DNA of 64,000 nucleotides from Lama guanicoe (Eukaryota), in assembly GCA_013239625.1 (NCBI GenBank), contig MU054323.1, positions 14,245,950 through 14,309,949 of the forward strand, written 5' to 3'. A program made the translations under genes and the position numbers. A model generated the notes under the pieces. The model was not told where the DNA came from and did not search any database. It saw nothing but the letters and a program-made list of their open reading frames with translations. How positions within the stretch are numbered: the first letter of the stretch is position 1; every line of letters begins with the position of its first letter. Shown piece by piece: positions 50,891-64,000 of this stretch.

Positions 50891-52790
50891 TTTCCCAAGC
50901 AGCTTATTTTCATGATTGCATACATTAGAGGAAACGTAATTGGGGTTTTTACCTCTAAAAATGCTAATGTAACACTGGATGCTTTCACAAATAAAAGCAG
51001 ATAAACCTGTACATTTCATGACTTGCACTTGAAAGGTTCATTTCTCTCTCATGTCATAGACCAAAGCAGGTGCTCCTACCCAGCCAGTTCTCCTTCAGGT
51101 AAGAATTCAAGGATACATGTCACCGTGAGGTCATCTCCATTCCAGGCAACTAGAAGGGAAATAAACCAGGCAGGTCATGCCTGGGGAGGTTTTCATGGGC
51201 TAGGCTGAGAGGTACATATTTCTCTTTCTCTCACATTCCATTAGCTAGCTGTCCATTACGTGGCCACACTTACCTGTCTAGCTTTGTGCCCAGGAAGAAG
51301 AGGAATTTGGTTTTGTGAACAGGTAGCACTCTGCCCCATCAGAATAGCACGTGCATATTAAACTTTTATTATGGGCAATGGCATTGTTCTAGACACTGAC
51401 ACATTTGAATATTGCGTTTTTTGAGGATCCTAAACTAGAATACTAATTGTATGATTTCTTATAAAATAAACTTTTATTTGAACTAAGAATACATTTTGGG
51501 TTCATGTCCTATGTTTTATTAATATGTACTTTTTTGGTTTGTATCAAATCACAGAAAACATAGAATTTTAGAGTTTCAGAGCAGTTTGAATTTAGAAGGC
51601 TATTCACTACAAATTATTTGGGGCATTAATGGAGTCCTGTAATTGAAATGCTGAAAATGTAAATTAATTGGCTTGTAAATGAGACAGGTATAATAAGCAA
51701 ATGAGGTCCTGGGGGTCTGTTTTCATCCAGCTGTTGAGTTGCAGGAGAACGTGCGGATGTTTTCAGAGGTTAATGGAATAATTATGTGGAATTTATCAAT
51801 TCCGTTAAAATTGCATTTAAAATATAAAGCTATATTATGCATCTTAAATTATAAAATTGGCTTTCTTAGAATTCAAAATATTTAGAATTTAAAAAGAGAC
51901 ATTTTGTATTGTTGTGAAAAGGTAGCTTTTTTTTTTAAAGTATGATTTTTTTTTTTTTTACAACTTTCTCTTCCAATCCATTTTGTAGACTTTTATACAA
52001 AAGACTCATCTGTCTTCAAGGTTAGTTCATTTAAGTCATAGAGTTAGAGAAGCAAGTGCAGAATACAAAAGAAAATCACTGCCATGGTGCAGATTTCTCA
52101 AATACCTTCACTTAGTAGTATCTCCAGACAGCAACTATGTTAAATAGCAACATTTGTAAGCCTCTTACTGCACTCACTTCTTTCTTTCTTCTTCTTCTTC
52201 TTCTCTCCCTACCATCCACCCTCCAATTTTATCAAATCTTTAGTTTGCTTCTTCAGGTGAATTCTCAATTTACTGGCTGAAATGATGGGAGGGAAGCCAG
52301 GTCCACACTTTCACCTAAGCAAGAATCTCTACCTGTCAGGAGTAGTGACTAATGCCTAGATTATGCAGATAAGATCATCACCTTCATTCCTCCTTATTTG
52401 GGTAGGTTCCCCTACATACTGAAGAGAAGTTAAGTTCAAACCGCTTTGCAAAGCATATCAAATTAATTTTTTCCATATCCCTCCAGTTAATTTTACGCCT
52501 GGGTATTCACTTAAGAAAGCTTTAGATGTAAATAGCACTCATCTCTGTTCACCTAAACAACTGATTTTTTTCAACTATCTTTTTGAACTTCAATGGATCA
52601 GTATTTTTGTTTGTTTGCTTTAAGAAATATCTGTATTCAAACTCATTAATACTCAGCATTTCTTAAATAAAAATTTTAAATATCATCTAAAGATTCAAAG
52701 TATCAGGAATAAATGTACTCTTGGATGTTTACAATCTAAATGAAAAAATTATTTCCAACAAGAGGTATGTAGTATATAGCAGAGTTTTTC

Positions 52791-53821
52791 TTTTTCTTCT
52801 TATAATTTAACTATAGTTGACACACAATACTGATTTCAGGTGTACAATATAGTGGTTAGACATTTATATACATTATGAAACAGTCTTCCTGATAAGTCTA
52901 GTAACTATCTGTCACCACAGAAAGTTATTATAATATTGTTGACTGTTGTCCCTATGTTGTACATTACATGCCTATGACTTATTCATTGTATGACAGAGTT
53001 TGTAGCTCTTAATCCCCTTCACTTATTTTGTTTGGTCTTACATTCCTTTCCCCTCTGGTGACCACCAGTTTTTTTCCCTATACTTATGAGTCTGTTTCTG
53101 TTTTGTTTTTTTTAAATTCCACACATAAGTGAAATCATGGGATTTGTCTTTCTCAGTCTGATTTATTTCCTTTAGTGTAATATGCCCTAGATTCATTCAT
53201 GTTGTTGCAAATGCAATGCCAAAATGTCATTCTTCTTTTACAGCTGAGTAATATTCCATTGTACATAGACACCACATCTTTATCCATTCATCTATTGATG
53301 GGCATTTAGGTTGCTTTCATATACTGGCTCTTGTAAATAATGCTGTAATGAACATGGGATGAATATCTGTTTGCATTAGTGTTTTGTTTTCTTCAGATAA
53401 ATACCCAGAATTGAATTTGCTGGATCTTATGGTAGTTATATTGTTAATTTTTTGAGGAACTTTCATACTTTTTCTTATGGCTGCACCAATTTACATTCCT
53501 CCCAACAGTGCACAAGGGTTCCTTTTTCTCCATAACCTCATCAACACTTATTTGTTTTGTTTTGTTTTGTTTTAAATAATTGCCATTCTGAGAGGTATGA
53601 GGTGGTATCTCATTGTAATTTTGATTTGCATTTCCCTGAATATTAGTCTTGAGCATCTTTTCATGTTCCTGTTGGCCATCTGTATGTCTTGTTTGGAAAA
53701 AAAAGTCTATTCAGGTCTTATACCCATTTCATATTAAGCTGTATGAGTTCTTTTCATATTTTAGCTATTATGTCCTCACTGGGTATATCATTTGCAGATC
53801 TTTTCCCATTCAGTAGGTTGT
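52791..53821 (-). mobile_element. LINE-1 3' end (older subfamily) with perfect 14-bp TSD
   Basis: TSD tagcagagtttttc at 52777-52790 and 53822-53835; disrupted ORF2 tail ([18 protein letters not shown]). Confidence 0.93.
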
Positions 53822-53824
53822 TAG

Positions 53825-54025
53825 CAGAGTTTTTCAACCTTGGCATTACTGACATTTTAGACTAGATAATTATTTGTTGTAGCAGATGGTCCTTATATTG
53901 TTGGAGAGTTAGCAGGATTCCTGACTACCTGCCAAATGCCACTCAGTTGGCACAACATAAATGTATTCATATTTTGCCAAATGCACCCTTGGGGGAAGCA
54001 CCGTGCTTCAGTTGATAACCATTTG
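53825..54025 (-). mobile_element. MER20 hAT-Charlie MITE
   Basis: 'cagagtttttcaaccttggcattactgacatttt...gataattatttgttgt...ttgccaaatgcacccttgggggaa...agttgataaccatt'. Confidence 0.85.
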
Positions 54026-55569
54026 GCATTATAGTTAACTTATATTATTTTAATCACAAATATAAACATTCACATATATGCTCTTAATTTTTGATGAAAT
54101 AACATGTTCTTCCTTGCAATGTCATCATCCAGAGGGCAGAATTGTTTATAGGATTTTAATATAGTTGTTAATTAGTGTGAGGCTTTAGGCAAGTCTACAC
54201 TGAATGAAATTCTGGGCTAATTGATTGGTTTCAGCTTTCATAATGAAGGAGAAACTAATACATTTTTAGTACAATTGAGCCAATTTAAGTGCTAAATTGT
54301 CAACAAATTATCGTGATAGAACAAATTGAGTCAATGGATTTTGCAGTGTTTTGTTATTAGAATTGGAAGCAGAGGACAGACACACTGAACAAGAAGTCTG
54401 AGAGTCATATAGCTTAGTTACACCTGAATTTTAGAGTATTTAAGATTTTTCATTAGCTATTTCAATTCTATTTTTATTCAGTGTGGAAAAATGAACAGTT
54501 ATCTGATGAATCTTCAACGTGCAAAAATTCTTTAGGATAAATTTGACCTAGAACGACATCACATAGTCTGTATAGATCTCAGGTTTGATGTTTTTGAGAA
54601 ATACCTAAATTCTGAAACTCTTATAGTTTGTGTTCTGACTTAGCATTGAGGCCACATCACCACTTGGAAGATTCTAGATGTGAATTAAAATATCTTAGTA
54701 ATGTGTGAGGCCATTCAAGATAATGACTTTGGTTTGATAGTCAGAAGGTAATTCTTGAGGCATTCACATTGGGTTATTCACTAGCAGGTGAGAAACACTT
54801 AATTGGAGGATTGAAAAGAGAATAAAATCTATATTTTGAAACTACTTATTCTCAGCAGTTTTGAGATCTACACTTCCTTAACTCTTCAACTCACAAATAT
54901 CTCTGTTAAAGTATATTTCGTACATGTGAGTTAAATCCTCAAGTTATACCTACAGTGTTAATTTAAGTTATCTTGGAATTTGTAATAAACACACAATTAG
55001 GTAGCTACTTGTTCTAACATGACTTCAGTCCAGTTGCATATGCACTTTCAGGTGCCGCAGGAGTCTCCTAGGCCCTGATGAAAAGTACAAAGGAAGTATA
55101 ATCTATCCCTTTGCATACTTTAGATTTTACTATAGAACCTATGTGGAGGGACTCTCATCTGCCCTTGTCCTTAGACAGAATATTAACTAAGAATTGTAAC
55201 TTAAAAAAAAAAACTACATTGGTCAGACTTATGCTGTAGTCCTAAAGAAATCAAATTTTCTTCAAAGTATACAATTTATATAGAAATAAAAGCACATAAT
55301 TTTCCTGGAAATGAAACAATGCAAAGCATATCTCAAATGCCACCTCTTCCATGAAGTTCCTGACTCCGAAACTGGTACATGTCTTTTCTCAACCTAACAA
55401 CCTCATGAGCTTTGTGACATTATGATAAAACATTTTTAAAACATTTTCTTCTGTATACCGTAGAGATACACGTGCTTATCTTGTGCTGCTTTACTAATCT
55501 GCAGGCTCTTTCAAGAGATACTTCATAGTTTTATTTCAGTTATTTTGCCTCACACAGTTTTATTGATCT

Positions 55570-55960
55570 TTCTAGTTCCTATAGCCAGATTAAAAAAAAT
55601 TAACCCCAAATTTAGTGGCTTAACACAGCAGAAAATATAATAAACTTATCCGTCTATAGTTTGGACAGGGCTCCAGGGCTCAGTGGAGTTAAGTCATCCC
55701 TGTTCTACTAGGTATCTAGCTTCTGGGGTAATTATAAGTATGTGTTCTGAAATCATCTTGAAGATTTGATTGCTCACATAACCTGTGGTGATACTGGCTG
55801 TTAGCTGAGATCTTAGTTGAAACTGTTGACCACAGTATTTATCATTGGCTTCTGCGTGTGGTCTGTGCTTCCTAACAGCATGGTGGTTGGATTCCCAGGA
55901 TGACAAATTGATGTAATAGGATGTAAAGTATTTAAGGCAGGCTCTGATGTAAAGCATAAT
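55570..55960 (-). mobile_element. Old MaLR LTR (MLT1F/G/H-like)
   Basis: 'accccaaatttagtggcttaa...tgatactggctgttagctgaga...cagcatggtggttggattccc'. Confidence 0.65.
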
Positions 55961-57454
55961 CGGTCCCTTTGGGCATAAACGTCCAAGTGGCATATAAAGC
56001 TCACTACATATCTCTATATTATATTGGCTATTCCCAGAGAGGTCATTACCACCTGGAGTGGAAGTCCCATTCCAAAAAGTTTATCAGTTCACTGAAAATT
56101 TCCCAGGTCTCTTTCCCCTACACTACTATTCCCTCTACTCTGGCACCCACCACTCATTCATCCCTTTAAGAGCCTCTGTATACAACTCAGTTTTAGCTCC
56201 TGTTACTTTGTTTGGAAAGTGTTTCCTTGTTTTTTTCCCTTTGAGCTTTGTCTAGTTCTCAGTATGTCATTTAAAACCAAAGAGATCCTCTTTCTTAAAC
56301 TGATGGAGGAAATACATTTTCGATCTTATGTTGGCAGCTTTATCAAATGAATAAAGCAGCATAAATTTACCTGTGGCCTTCTGTAGGTAGAAGTAACATG
56401 CTTTCGGAGCTGACCTTCGATGGAGAAAAAACCCAAAGCTAAAGAAATAAATGAATAAATAGATGAATGAATAGCAGAGTAGAAAATGACCCTAATTGCT
56501 AATTTGGCTAAACTGTCTAAATAAAATCTGATAAAATAACTATCACTTACTAACCCAGAAAGTCTCAATAGTGCTTGCCTGGAAATTCTTCAGATCTAGC
56601 ACCTTAAAACATAGTATAATTTTTGTCTTTATCAGTCCCATGAAACCATAAACTCTTTGAGTGCAGGGTTCAATTGTTTGGTTGTAATGAAGTACTTTTT
56701 CTATAAATATTGAATGAGTAGATCAGTTAATCAAAATATATTTTTATAAACATAAATGTATTTTACATTTTTGCTAAAGATAAAGTAAATTTTGGTAAAC
56801 CAAGTTTCATAATACTTACATGACCTTGATATTAACATGGAAAAACTCATTTTTCATTGTCTGCTACTGGCACCTCTCCCTTGTCATTACAGTCATTCAG
56901 ATCTCTAACAAACCAGAATATTATATAAAATAATGTTTATCATCTGATGTTAAGGTACAATGATAAGAAAAACTTTTCCTGAACTATTAGAAAAAAGTCA
57001 AAAGAACAAAGAAGGAGATAAGAGAATATAATGAGAATGTAAATATCTGGGAAATATTGTCTGTCTGTTTTATGATTTATGTAATGAAATTAAAAAGTTG
57101 AAAGCCAATTTTAAAGCATTTCATAGTAATACCAAGAAAATTAATTTGAAGGATACATTTAACGTTTTGAATCAGAATCTATCAAGCTTGTCATGAATTT
57201 TAACTGAGTTTAAAAAGTATTCTGATTCATATTGTATGGATGTTAGAGTTTTAAATACCACAAAACTACCCAAGAAATGGTGACACAATAGGAATTAATA
57301 ATGTGGCAGTGATAAAGTATTTCAGCTAAAATCATGATAAATGTCAAAGGAAGTAGTTTGATGTATTTAAATAATGAACTCTACTGTTTGTAAAACCTGG
57401 TTGTGCCAGGTAACTTCTAGAACAATATTCTGATTTTAACTTTATCTAGTTTTT

Positions 57455-57962
57455 CTTAACTTTTTATTAACATATACACACACATATACACACCACTACA
57501 CATAAGTGTAAAGCTCACTAAATTTCCACAAACTGAACACTGCTGTGTAACCAATACCCAGATCAAAAAAACAAAATATTGTTAACACACCAAAAGCCCT
57601 TCTTATGATCTCTTTCTATCTGTGCTTGCCTCCCAAGCTAATTACTATCCTAACTGCTGACAGCATAGATTATTTTACCCATTTTTGCATTTTATGTTAA
57701 TAGAATGAAAAAGAGAGTATGTAATTTGAGGGTATGTAACTGCCTTCTTTCACTCAAGGTTATATTTGTGGGAATAATCCATTTTGTTGCTAATAGTTGT
57801 ACGTTGTTAATTTTAATTGCTGCATAATATTCCATCAGATAACATTTCTACAATTTATTTATACACTCTATTCTTCATGAAACTTTGGGTAGTTTCAGTT
57901 TGGTGTTAGTATAAATAGCACTTCCATGAACATTTAAATACTTGTCCTTTAGTGAATATATT
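57455..57962 (-). mobile_element. Old L1M (L1MB/MC-like) 3' end
   Basis: 'aagtgtaaagctcactaaatttccacaaactgaacac...gtaaccaatacccagatcaa...cttctttcactcaa'. Confidence 0.8.
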
Positions 57963-58454
57963 CTAATACCAACTTCTTTATTGCATTTGCTGTGTAAATT
58001 ATCATGTAAATCTATACAATTATTGTTAACTATATCTATTACTCAGGTACAACTATAAATTACTTTTTTTAAACTGCTATTTATTAAAGCAAGATACCTG
58101 TTATTAAATAAATGCAGACTATTTAAAGAGAGAGTCCAGTATATGCCAGGCATAGAACTAAATTATTTATTACTGATAAATGTTCTGTAAAATAAATATT
58201 ACTATACCATTTTACAAATGAGGAAACTGAGATTATTGGAGTCTAAGTAACAAATTAAAAGTTCTCTAGGTAATGTTATAAAGAATTTATCACCATCACA
58301 TTGCAAAAATGAATTATGTTCCAGTATAAATTTGGTTTGCAAAATGATGGAGGGGGAACACGAGAAGAATGACGAGAAGAGGGGGAAAGCTTTATGAAGA
58401 TATGTTTCCAAATGAAATTTAGAACTCCAGTTAGTTTGATCTCAAAATCTCTCT

Positions 58455-58815
58455 GTTTTAATTTAGATTTTCCCAGGGGACAGAGTTTGAGGCACAGATT
58501 CAACCAAGCAAGCTGCTATTGTAGACTGCTAGAAGTTTGGGAGACATTGTAGATTATAACATTCAGAGATGTTTCCTTTTAAGGTTGTGTTAGCTGAGGT
58601 ATTTTAGAATTAACTCTCAGAGTTAATGGTTGAGTTCAGACCCTGAAAGCGTTATTTTTCTGTCACTTCCTGCCTGCTGTTTGCGTGGGCAGAAGATTTC
58701 CAGATCAGCCCTTGGGCAATGAGATACTAATGATGGTAGTTGGAAATTAACTACTAGGCACTTAAATGGTAAAGCTTGAAGGGATATGAGTGGGCCACCC
58801 AGAGCATCTGGAATA
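58455..58815 (-). mobile_element. LTR16-like 3' LTR of an ERV-L provirus
   Basis: 'ttagattttcccaggggacagagtttgaggcacagattc' and 'gatatgagtgggccacccagagcatctggaata'; polypurine-tract-like caagaagtagac (minus) adjacent at 58816-58827. Confidence 0.55.
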
Positions 58816-59635
58816 GTCTACTTCTTGCCCTGGCCAGATCCTCCATTGTCCCATGTTAAATTTGTTCAATATTTCAATATTATCACTGCTTTTTCATGTG
58901 GTGGCCAGTCACAGTTTAATTTAAAAAATATAATAGAAAGAGAAGTGGGTCAAATTACTCCCCTCAACTATTACTGTACATTCTCTTCACTCTCAGCCAG
59001 CCTTTTCACTGGTCTTTTGCTTGTCCGGTGCGTGAACATAGACCTTCATCCTTCAGGGATCTGTGCCTCTGAGTAACATGTCTTTGTAAGGCCATACGTG
59101 CTATAATTACCCATTAATGAATATCTCTCAGCATGCAAGCACCAGGAATGGACTCCCAGTGGAATGTCTTGAATTCTACCTACCTCCCTACCTACCTCAT
59201 GTGACACAATCTTATCTCTTCATGATAATCAGATTCTATTATTCCTGCTAGCATGTAACATTATGCTTGTTTGTTTGTTTTGCTTTCTGTTCTTCAGTCA
59301 GAGTCCAAAATGATTTGGTAGCAGTCCTGCCTGCATTTAGGTTTTCTGGAACATTTACTGTGTTACTTGTTATAAGAGTGCTTGTTGGAAACCAGAAACT
59401 CTATTCTAGGAGAACTTAAAGTTTCAGGCATAGGAAGTACAAATTTTCTACATGAACACCTGGAAGAGTAAAAGAAAGACCACTGTTACATCCTGTGTTT
59501 CTTAGATTTATGTATTCTCTCAGTGCTATAACATCATATAATGTCCATTGGTTCAACTATATATTTAATACCTTAAAAGATAACACTCAACAATGAATAG
59601 CGTCATCCTCAAACAGTATCTCAGCTATGCATTTA

Positions 59636-59766
59636 TTTATTTTTTTTAATTCTGGGAGAGTAATTAGTTTTTTTGTTTTGTTTTTTTAACAGAGGTACTG
59701 GGGATGGAACCCAGGACCTCGTGCATGCTAAGTATTTACTCTACACTGAGTTATACCCTCCCTCAC
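59636..59766 (-). mobile_element. tRNA-derived SINE, camelid vic-1-like
   Basis: Minus strand GAGGGTATAACTCAGTGTAGAG...GAGGTCCTGGGTTCCATCCCCAGTACCTC (A/B boxes) plus A-rich tail; 16-bp TSD ctcagctatg(c/t)attta at 59620-59635 and 59767-59782. Confidence 0.9.
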
Positions 59767-59947
59767 CTCAGCTATGTATTTAAGAGGCCATCTTAACATT
59801 TTATCAGGCTGGCACCGTCTACGTGATAAAGTGTATTTGGGACTGCAGGGCATACTCCATACTCATATGTTTATTGTTCACTTCATTTTTGGTTTTTTGA
59901 TCCAGAGTGATATTATATAGGATCTACTGACCATAAATCAATCACTC

Positions 59948-60420
59948 TGTTAGTCTGACCAAGAGAAACTTAATATTCCCCTCAAATTGACTAAACTTTT
60001 GATAGGTTTCTTTCTGATTATAGCCCCCAACCTCCCTTTTCTTAGAGTGCTTACTTTAGAAATGTGTAAGTACTTTCTTTGCTTCTTTGAAACGTAAATC
60101 TTCTCTAGCCTCTCGCCAGGTCTACAGCCCCAAACTGTCTTTCTCAAGGTCCTGGGAGCTATCCTTTTGAAATGTAATCATCAAGGAAAATCGTGCTTCT
60201 ACCTCCTAGTTTCTGTGGGAGAGTAGGAACATAACTTCTATAAGCTAGACATTGACCAATCTCCCTATAAGATCCTTTCATATTATTCTACAACTTATCC
60301 TGGCACCTAAAAACTGCTTTTTGTCACAGTGGAGTTGAGTTCAAACTCTTTCACCTATTGCAGTAGTCTTCAGTTAAGTCTTCCTTAACAGTTTAACTTG
60401 TCGTGTGAAATTTTTAGTAG
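59948..60420 (+). mobile_element. ERV1 solo LTR (MER34/MER39-like)
   Basis: 'tttgaaatgtaatcatcaaggaa...ctgtgggagagtaggaacataacttc...ggagttgagttcaa...ctattgcagtagtctt'. Confidence 0.7.
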
Positions 60421-60585
60421 TGATGTGGTCCAAGGCATAGAAAAGAGGAAACACAAACCTAAACCTGGAAAATGTAAGAACCCAAGTAAGGATGAATCAT
60501 TGTTCTTCCACCACGGAAGAGAAGTAACATAGTCAACTAGCCAAAAAATATTTGGTTAGTTTTTTTTTTTTTGAAGGATGGCATG

Positions 60586-61104
60586 TGTATTAATCAGGAT
60601 CCAGTCAGGACACAGAAATCATATCAGTAATATAAACAAGGACAATTTAATGTAAAGTATTTTTAACTATTCCAAAGAGTAAAAGGACTTGCTGCCATAT
60701 GTAGGGCTGAGAGAGTGAACAAGGATGAAACTAGGAACTTAGACAATTATTAGAGAAAATGTGGCTATTAGATAGATAGATAGATACATACATACATACA
60801 TACATATATACATACATGCTGAAGGTTGGTGGAGAAGAATTTGCCAGAGGGTATGGTCTTGAATTGTTGAGCAGAAAAGGCCTATAGAGTGGCCAAGAAA
60901 CTGTTAGAGAGTGTTTGCCACCAGGCCTCTGGAACACTGATTTCCTGGCAGCCACATCATAAGAAAATAAAAGTACACCAGTACTAAGGAGAGAAGCCCT
61001 TCTCTTGCTATGGCATTGCAGTGATTCCAGCACCTCCTAATGGCAGAGCTAAACTGCACCAGCTGGTGTTGGAGAAATTTAATAGGATTAAGTTTCAGTA
61101 TCAC
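60586..61104 (-). mobile_element. Old LTR (LTR78/79-like) containing a (TAGA)n(TACA)n microsatellite at about 60768-60816
   Basis: 'tgtattaatcaggatccagtcaggacacagaaatc...aatttaatgtaaag' ... 'cagtatcaca'; TG...CA ends. Confidence 0.55.
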
Positions 61105-63573
61105 AAATCAGGTCAAAGGGTAAACTAGGAGCTTAGAAAAAGTAAACTGATCACCAGTATGATACCAAGGAGTCAGCGTAGGTCTAACCAGCTGATGGGT
61201 CACACATTCAGTAGCACCAGTAGCTGGGTTTCTCTTAGTGATGAAGAAGCCCGTGGTGAAAGTCTGGTGCTTGGTCCCCCTCTCTCTCACTCTGGGATCT
61301 CCATTCTTGGGATTATTATGCAAGCAGTGGGGTGACTGAGTCTGAGGGTGGCTACCACTACTGGCTGTATCTTTCTATTTGCCTAGTTGTCAACACTTTC
61401 TCTGATGGATGTTCTTGGTGGGCACCGCTATGAGACGCATAGATCCCTGCATTTTGTTAACTTTCTCATAGAACAGTCTGTATGCTTTTCCTCAAATCTC
61501 TGTCTTCCAATCTTGCTCGTTCCAGGTTTTTTACCAACAAACTAGGCCATTTGCTTCTACCCAGGAATTTATTAATCTCCTTAGTTCAGGCATCTTCTTT
61601 TATAACAAATTGATGACCCAGAGCATCTATTTTGCTCATTAGAAAGATTTCCTTTCAGTCCTGTCTTTAGAGATCATCCCTGTGACAGTCTGTTTTTGAC
61701 TAACATAAACATTGGCCTACAGAAACTAACCTTTCCATGAAGCAAGACCATGTTTATGTCCACACCTGGGAATAGGGAGTTCCATACTAGGTTATAAATG
61801 TGAGGTGAGTGAGAGATGTAGGAATAAATGAATTAGATAAGTTAGAGTCTGGCCCAACTCTTTTGTAAATTACTTATGATATCTTATCTGCTTCAAGCCT
61901 AATATTGAATGTATCATTTTCATTGTCTGATGGAATTCTGTTGTGTCTGTGTAACTTTATTACTTGGTAGGTTGATAATTCCCAGCTCGTGATGAATAGT
62001 ACCAGTTGTAGTCCTGGCCCCTAACAGACACTAGATTCTCAGTCTCTGTTAGATCCAGTAAATGCCAGAAGCTGCTTTTCTAATGGTTAATAGTTCTTTG
62101 CTTCAAATGTTTTCATGCTAGATATTCCATATGACACCCTTTTCTAAGACCTCCAGTACCGTGGAATCCACATGGTCATGCAGACAGAGCTGCAAGGATG
62201 CTTGTATGGCAGCCTGAAACTAATGCAGAATCCTATCTTTGGGCCCACTTAAAACTGACAGATTTCTGAGTCACTGTGGATGTGACCAGTGTTAACTTTA
62301 ACAAGTGTTTAAGTGCTATCCTCAAAATCCACATGGGCCTACCAAGTGAATGACTGGTTGATAGTCATAAGAGGTTCTAGGTATAATAACTTGTCCTTTA
62401 ATTTAGTAGAAATGTCCTGATATTCTTCAGTTACTAGATCACTAAAAATTTCCCTCATTTTTAAGGTCCATAAATCTGGGTTATACAATATGTGTTTTTC
62501 TCCTATTTTCTGGAGCATATGACATAAAAAAGTACTTGGTACTTCATATTCAGTAGGTCTAATTAATATCATTATATTAATATCATTATGCTATTATAAA
62601 GAACTAGCTATATATGTTATATAGTAGTCAAATGACATGGTTTTTTCTCCCGACTGTATTTGGCTAAAATCAGTAGGGTTAATGCTGTTTTGGGGCAAGA
62701 CTATGAGTATATAGTATCACCTATTCCAGGTGAATGTAAACTGCTTCTAATCCTCTTTCTTGATCAGTATTGGGGAAAAAAACACATTTGTTTAGTCAAT
62801 AATTGTATATCAAATGATCAAGTCTGTATTGATCTGTTCTAGTAAAGCTACACATCTGGCAAGCAGCTGCAATTTAGAAATAACACCTGGTTAAATAGAT
62901 ACTACTTGCTGTCATTTGCCATGCTCCATTTTTGTTTGTTTTTGTTTGTTTTTGGAGTTGAGAGGCATGCAGACTGGTCAGTTAAATAGGGTTAAAATGA
63001 TAAAACACTACCCTTATCTCCTTTAGGACTCTGCCATTTTGCTCTTCTACCTGGGATGCTGTATTGCTTTTAATATACGAACCTGCATAGAAGGAGGAAG
63101 TTTCAGGGGCTTTCACTTGAACTTTCCTACCATTTTTGAACTCCTGCACAGGTCAGGTTGCAAGAACAAGAGCTCTGCCAAATCAATATATATATGCATC
63201 CTGATTATGCATTCATAGACATATAAATGTCCCTGGGGCCAGAAGCGATGGCTCTGTGGAATCACCAGCTACACAATGAGATGACTGAAGGCTAGTATCC
63301 CATATGTCACCTGGCCTCCATATGCTTGCATTCGAACTGGAGGTCTATGATGACATTTTGATTCCCTAGTATATTGTTAGCCCAGATTCTGTATTTAACA
63401 GGTTTCAATGTATGGAAGTAGGCCCTGATAAATTTCTTTAGATCCCTTTAAGGAAAGATTATGGGATTTGGTATTGTTTATGCTTGTTTTGTTTTATGGA
63501 ATATTGCTCAAAAGGGTACAGCTTCTTCTGGAACAGGCTCCCTGGAAAATGCTGTATGGTTATGATTTTGCAG

Positions 63574-63929
63574 TGTGGTAGTTGACATCAGCATTTTGAT
63601 CACCTGTTTCTAAGGTTTTTATAATTTGTGTGTGTTTCTGTAGTGGTTGTAAGTAAGGCAGTATCATTAGGAAACCATGGTCCAGCAGCCTATGGTATCT
63701 GAATGCTGTCCAAAACTACATGAGCTTGGAAGAAATTTCTTCCGCAGTTAAGTCTCAGATGAGAATGAAACCCTGGCTGACACTTTGATAGCAGCTGTTT
63801 TAGAAACTAAAGATGATCCAGCTAAGTAAGCTACATCTAGACTAATTCACAGAAACTATGCTACATGTCTATTGCTTTATGCTGCTCAGATTGTAGTAAT
63901 TTGTTATGCAGCAATAGATAAGGGATACA
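63574..63929 (+). mobile_element. MaLR LTR (MLT1F/G-like)
   Basis: 'gagcttggaag...cagatgagaatgaaaccctggctgacactttgat...gtaatttgttatgcagcaatagataa...ataca'. Confidence 0.75.
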
Positions 63930-64000
63930 ACAGAGATAGTACTTCCCTAGTTGGGCCGTGGTGGGTCATAATCACAGTTATTGGTGTAGAACCAGTGAAG

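Larger units (their letters stand above)
58816..63570 (-). pseudogene. Ancient ERV-L internal region (ERV3-16A3-like): decayed protease and RT, interrupted by later insertions
   Basis: Minus-strand translations LLNTESGLTI and HHRPPVRMQAYGGQV (about 63310-63402; ERV-L LLDTGSELTL, HCGPPVRVGAYGGQV), KQFTFTWNR*YYILIVLPQNSIN (about 62678-62746; KQFAFSWQGQQYTFTVLPQGYIN), IMILIRPTEYEV and QDISTKLKDKLLYLEP (IMLIGPSEQEV, RDIPSKVKDKLLHLAP). Confidence 0.85.

Noticed and set aside
59690..59766. tRNA gene
   Set aside because: The A-rich tail, TSD and degenerate stems show it is a SINE head
1..64000. Prokaryote-style novel system (CRISPR array, operon, defence island)
   Set aside because: The DNA is mammalian repeat-rich sequence with no regularly spaced repeat-spacer array and no dense ORFs

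Overview
AT-rich, CpG-depleted placental-mammal DNA, most likely camelid. A vic-1-like tRNA-derived SINE sits at 59636-59766, and several L1 3' ends resemble camelid families. I found no host protein-coding exon, RNA gene or CpG island, so the window looks intergenic or deep intronic. All convincing ORFs are retroelement remnants: L1 ORF2 C-termini (22353-23315 is uninterrupted), an old L1 endonuclease region, and ERV-L protease/RT fossils at about 61100-63450. The rest is layered transposable elements (MIR, L2, old L1M, MaLR MLT1 LTRs, hAT MERs, ERV1 solo LTRs, an ancient ERV-L provirus) with a few repeat-free, motif-rich blocks that may be conserved non-coding elements. I see no evidence of a novel multi-gene system. 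The best observations are retrotransposition footprints read directly from the sequence: target-site duplications (TSDs), premature polyadenylation, a 60-bp inverted insertion, in-frame ORF2 deletions and nested insertions. Family names come from recalled consensus sequences, not a database search. Boundaries without a stated TSD are approximate.
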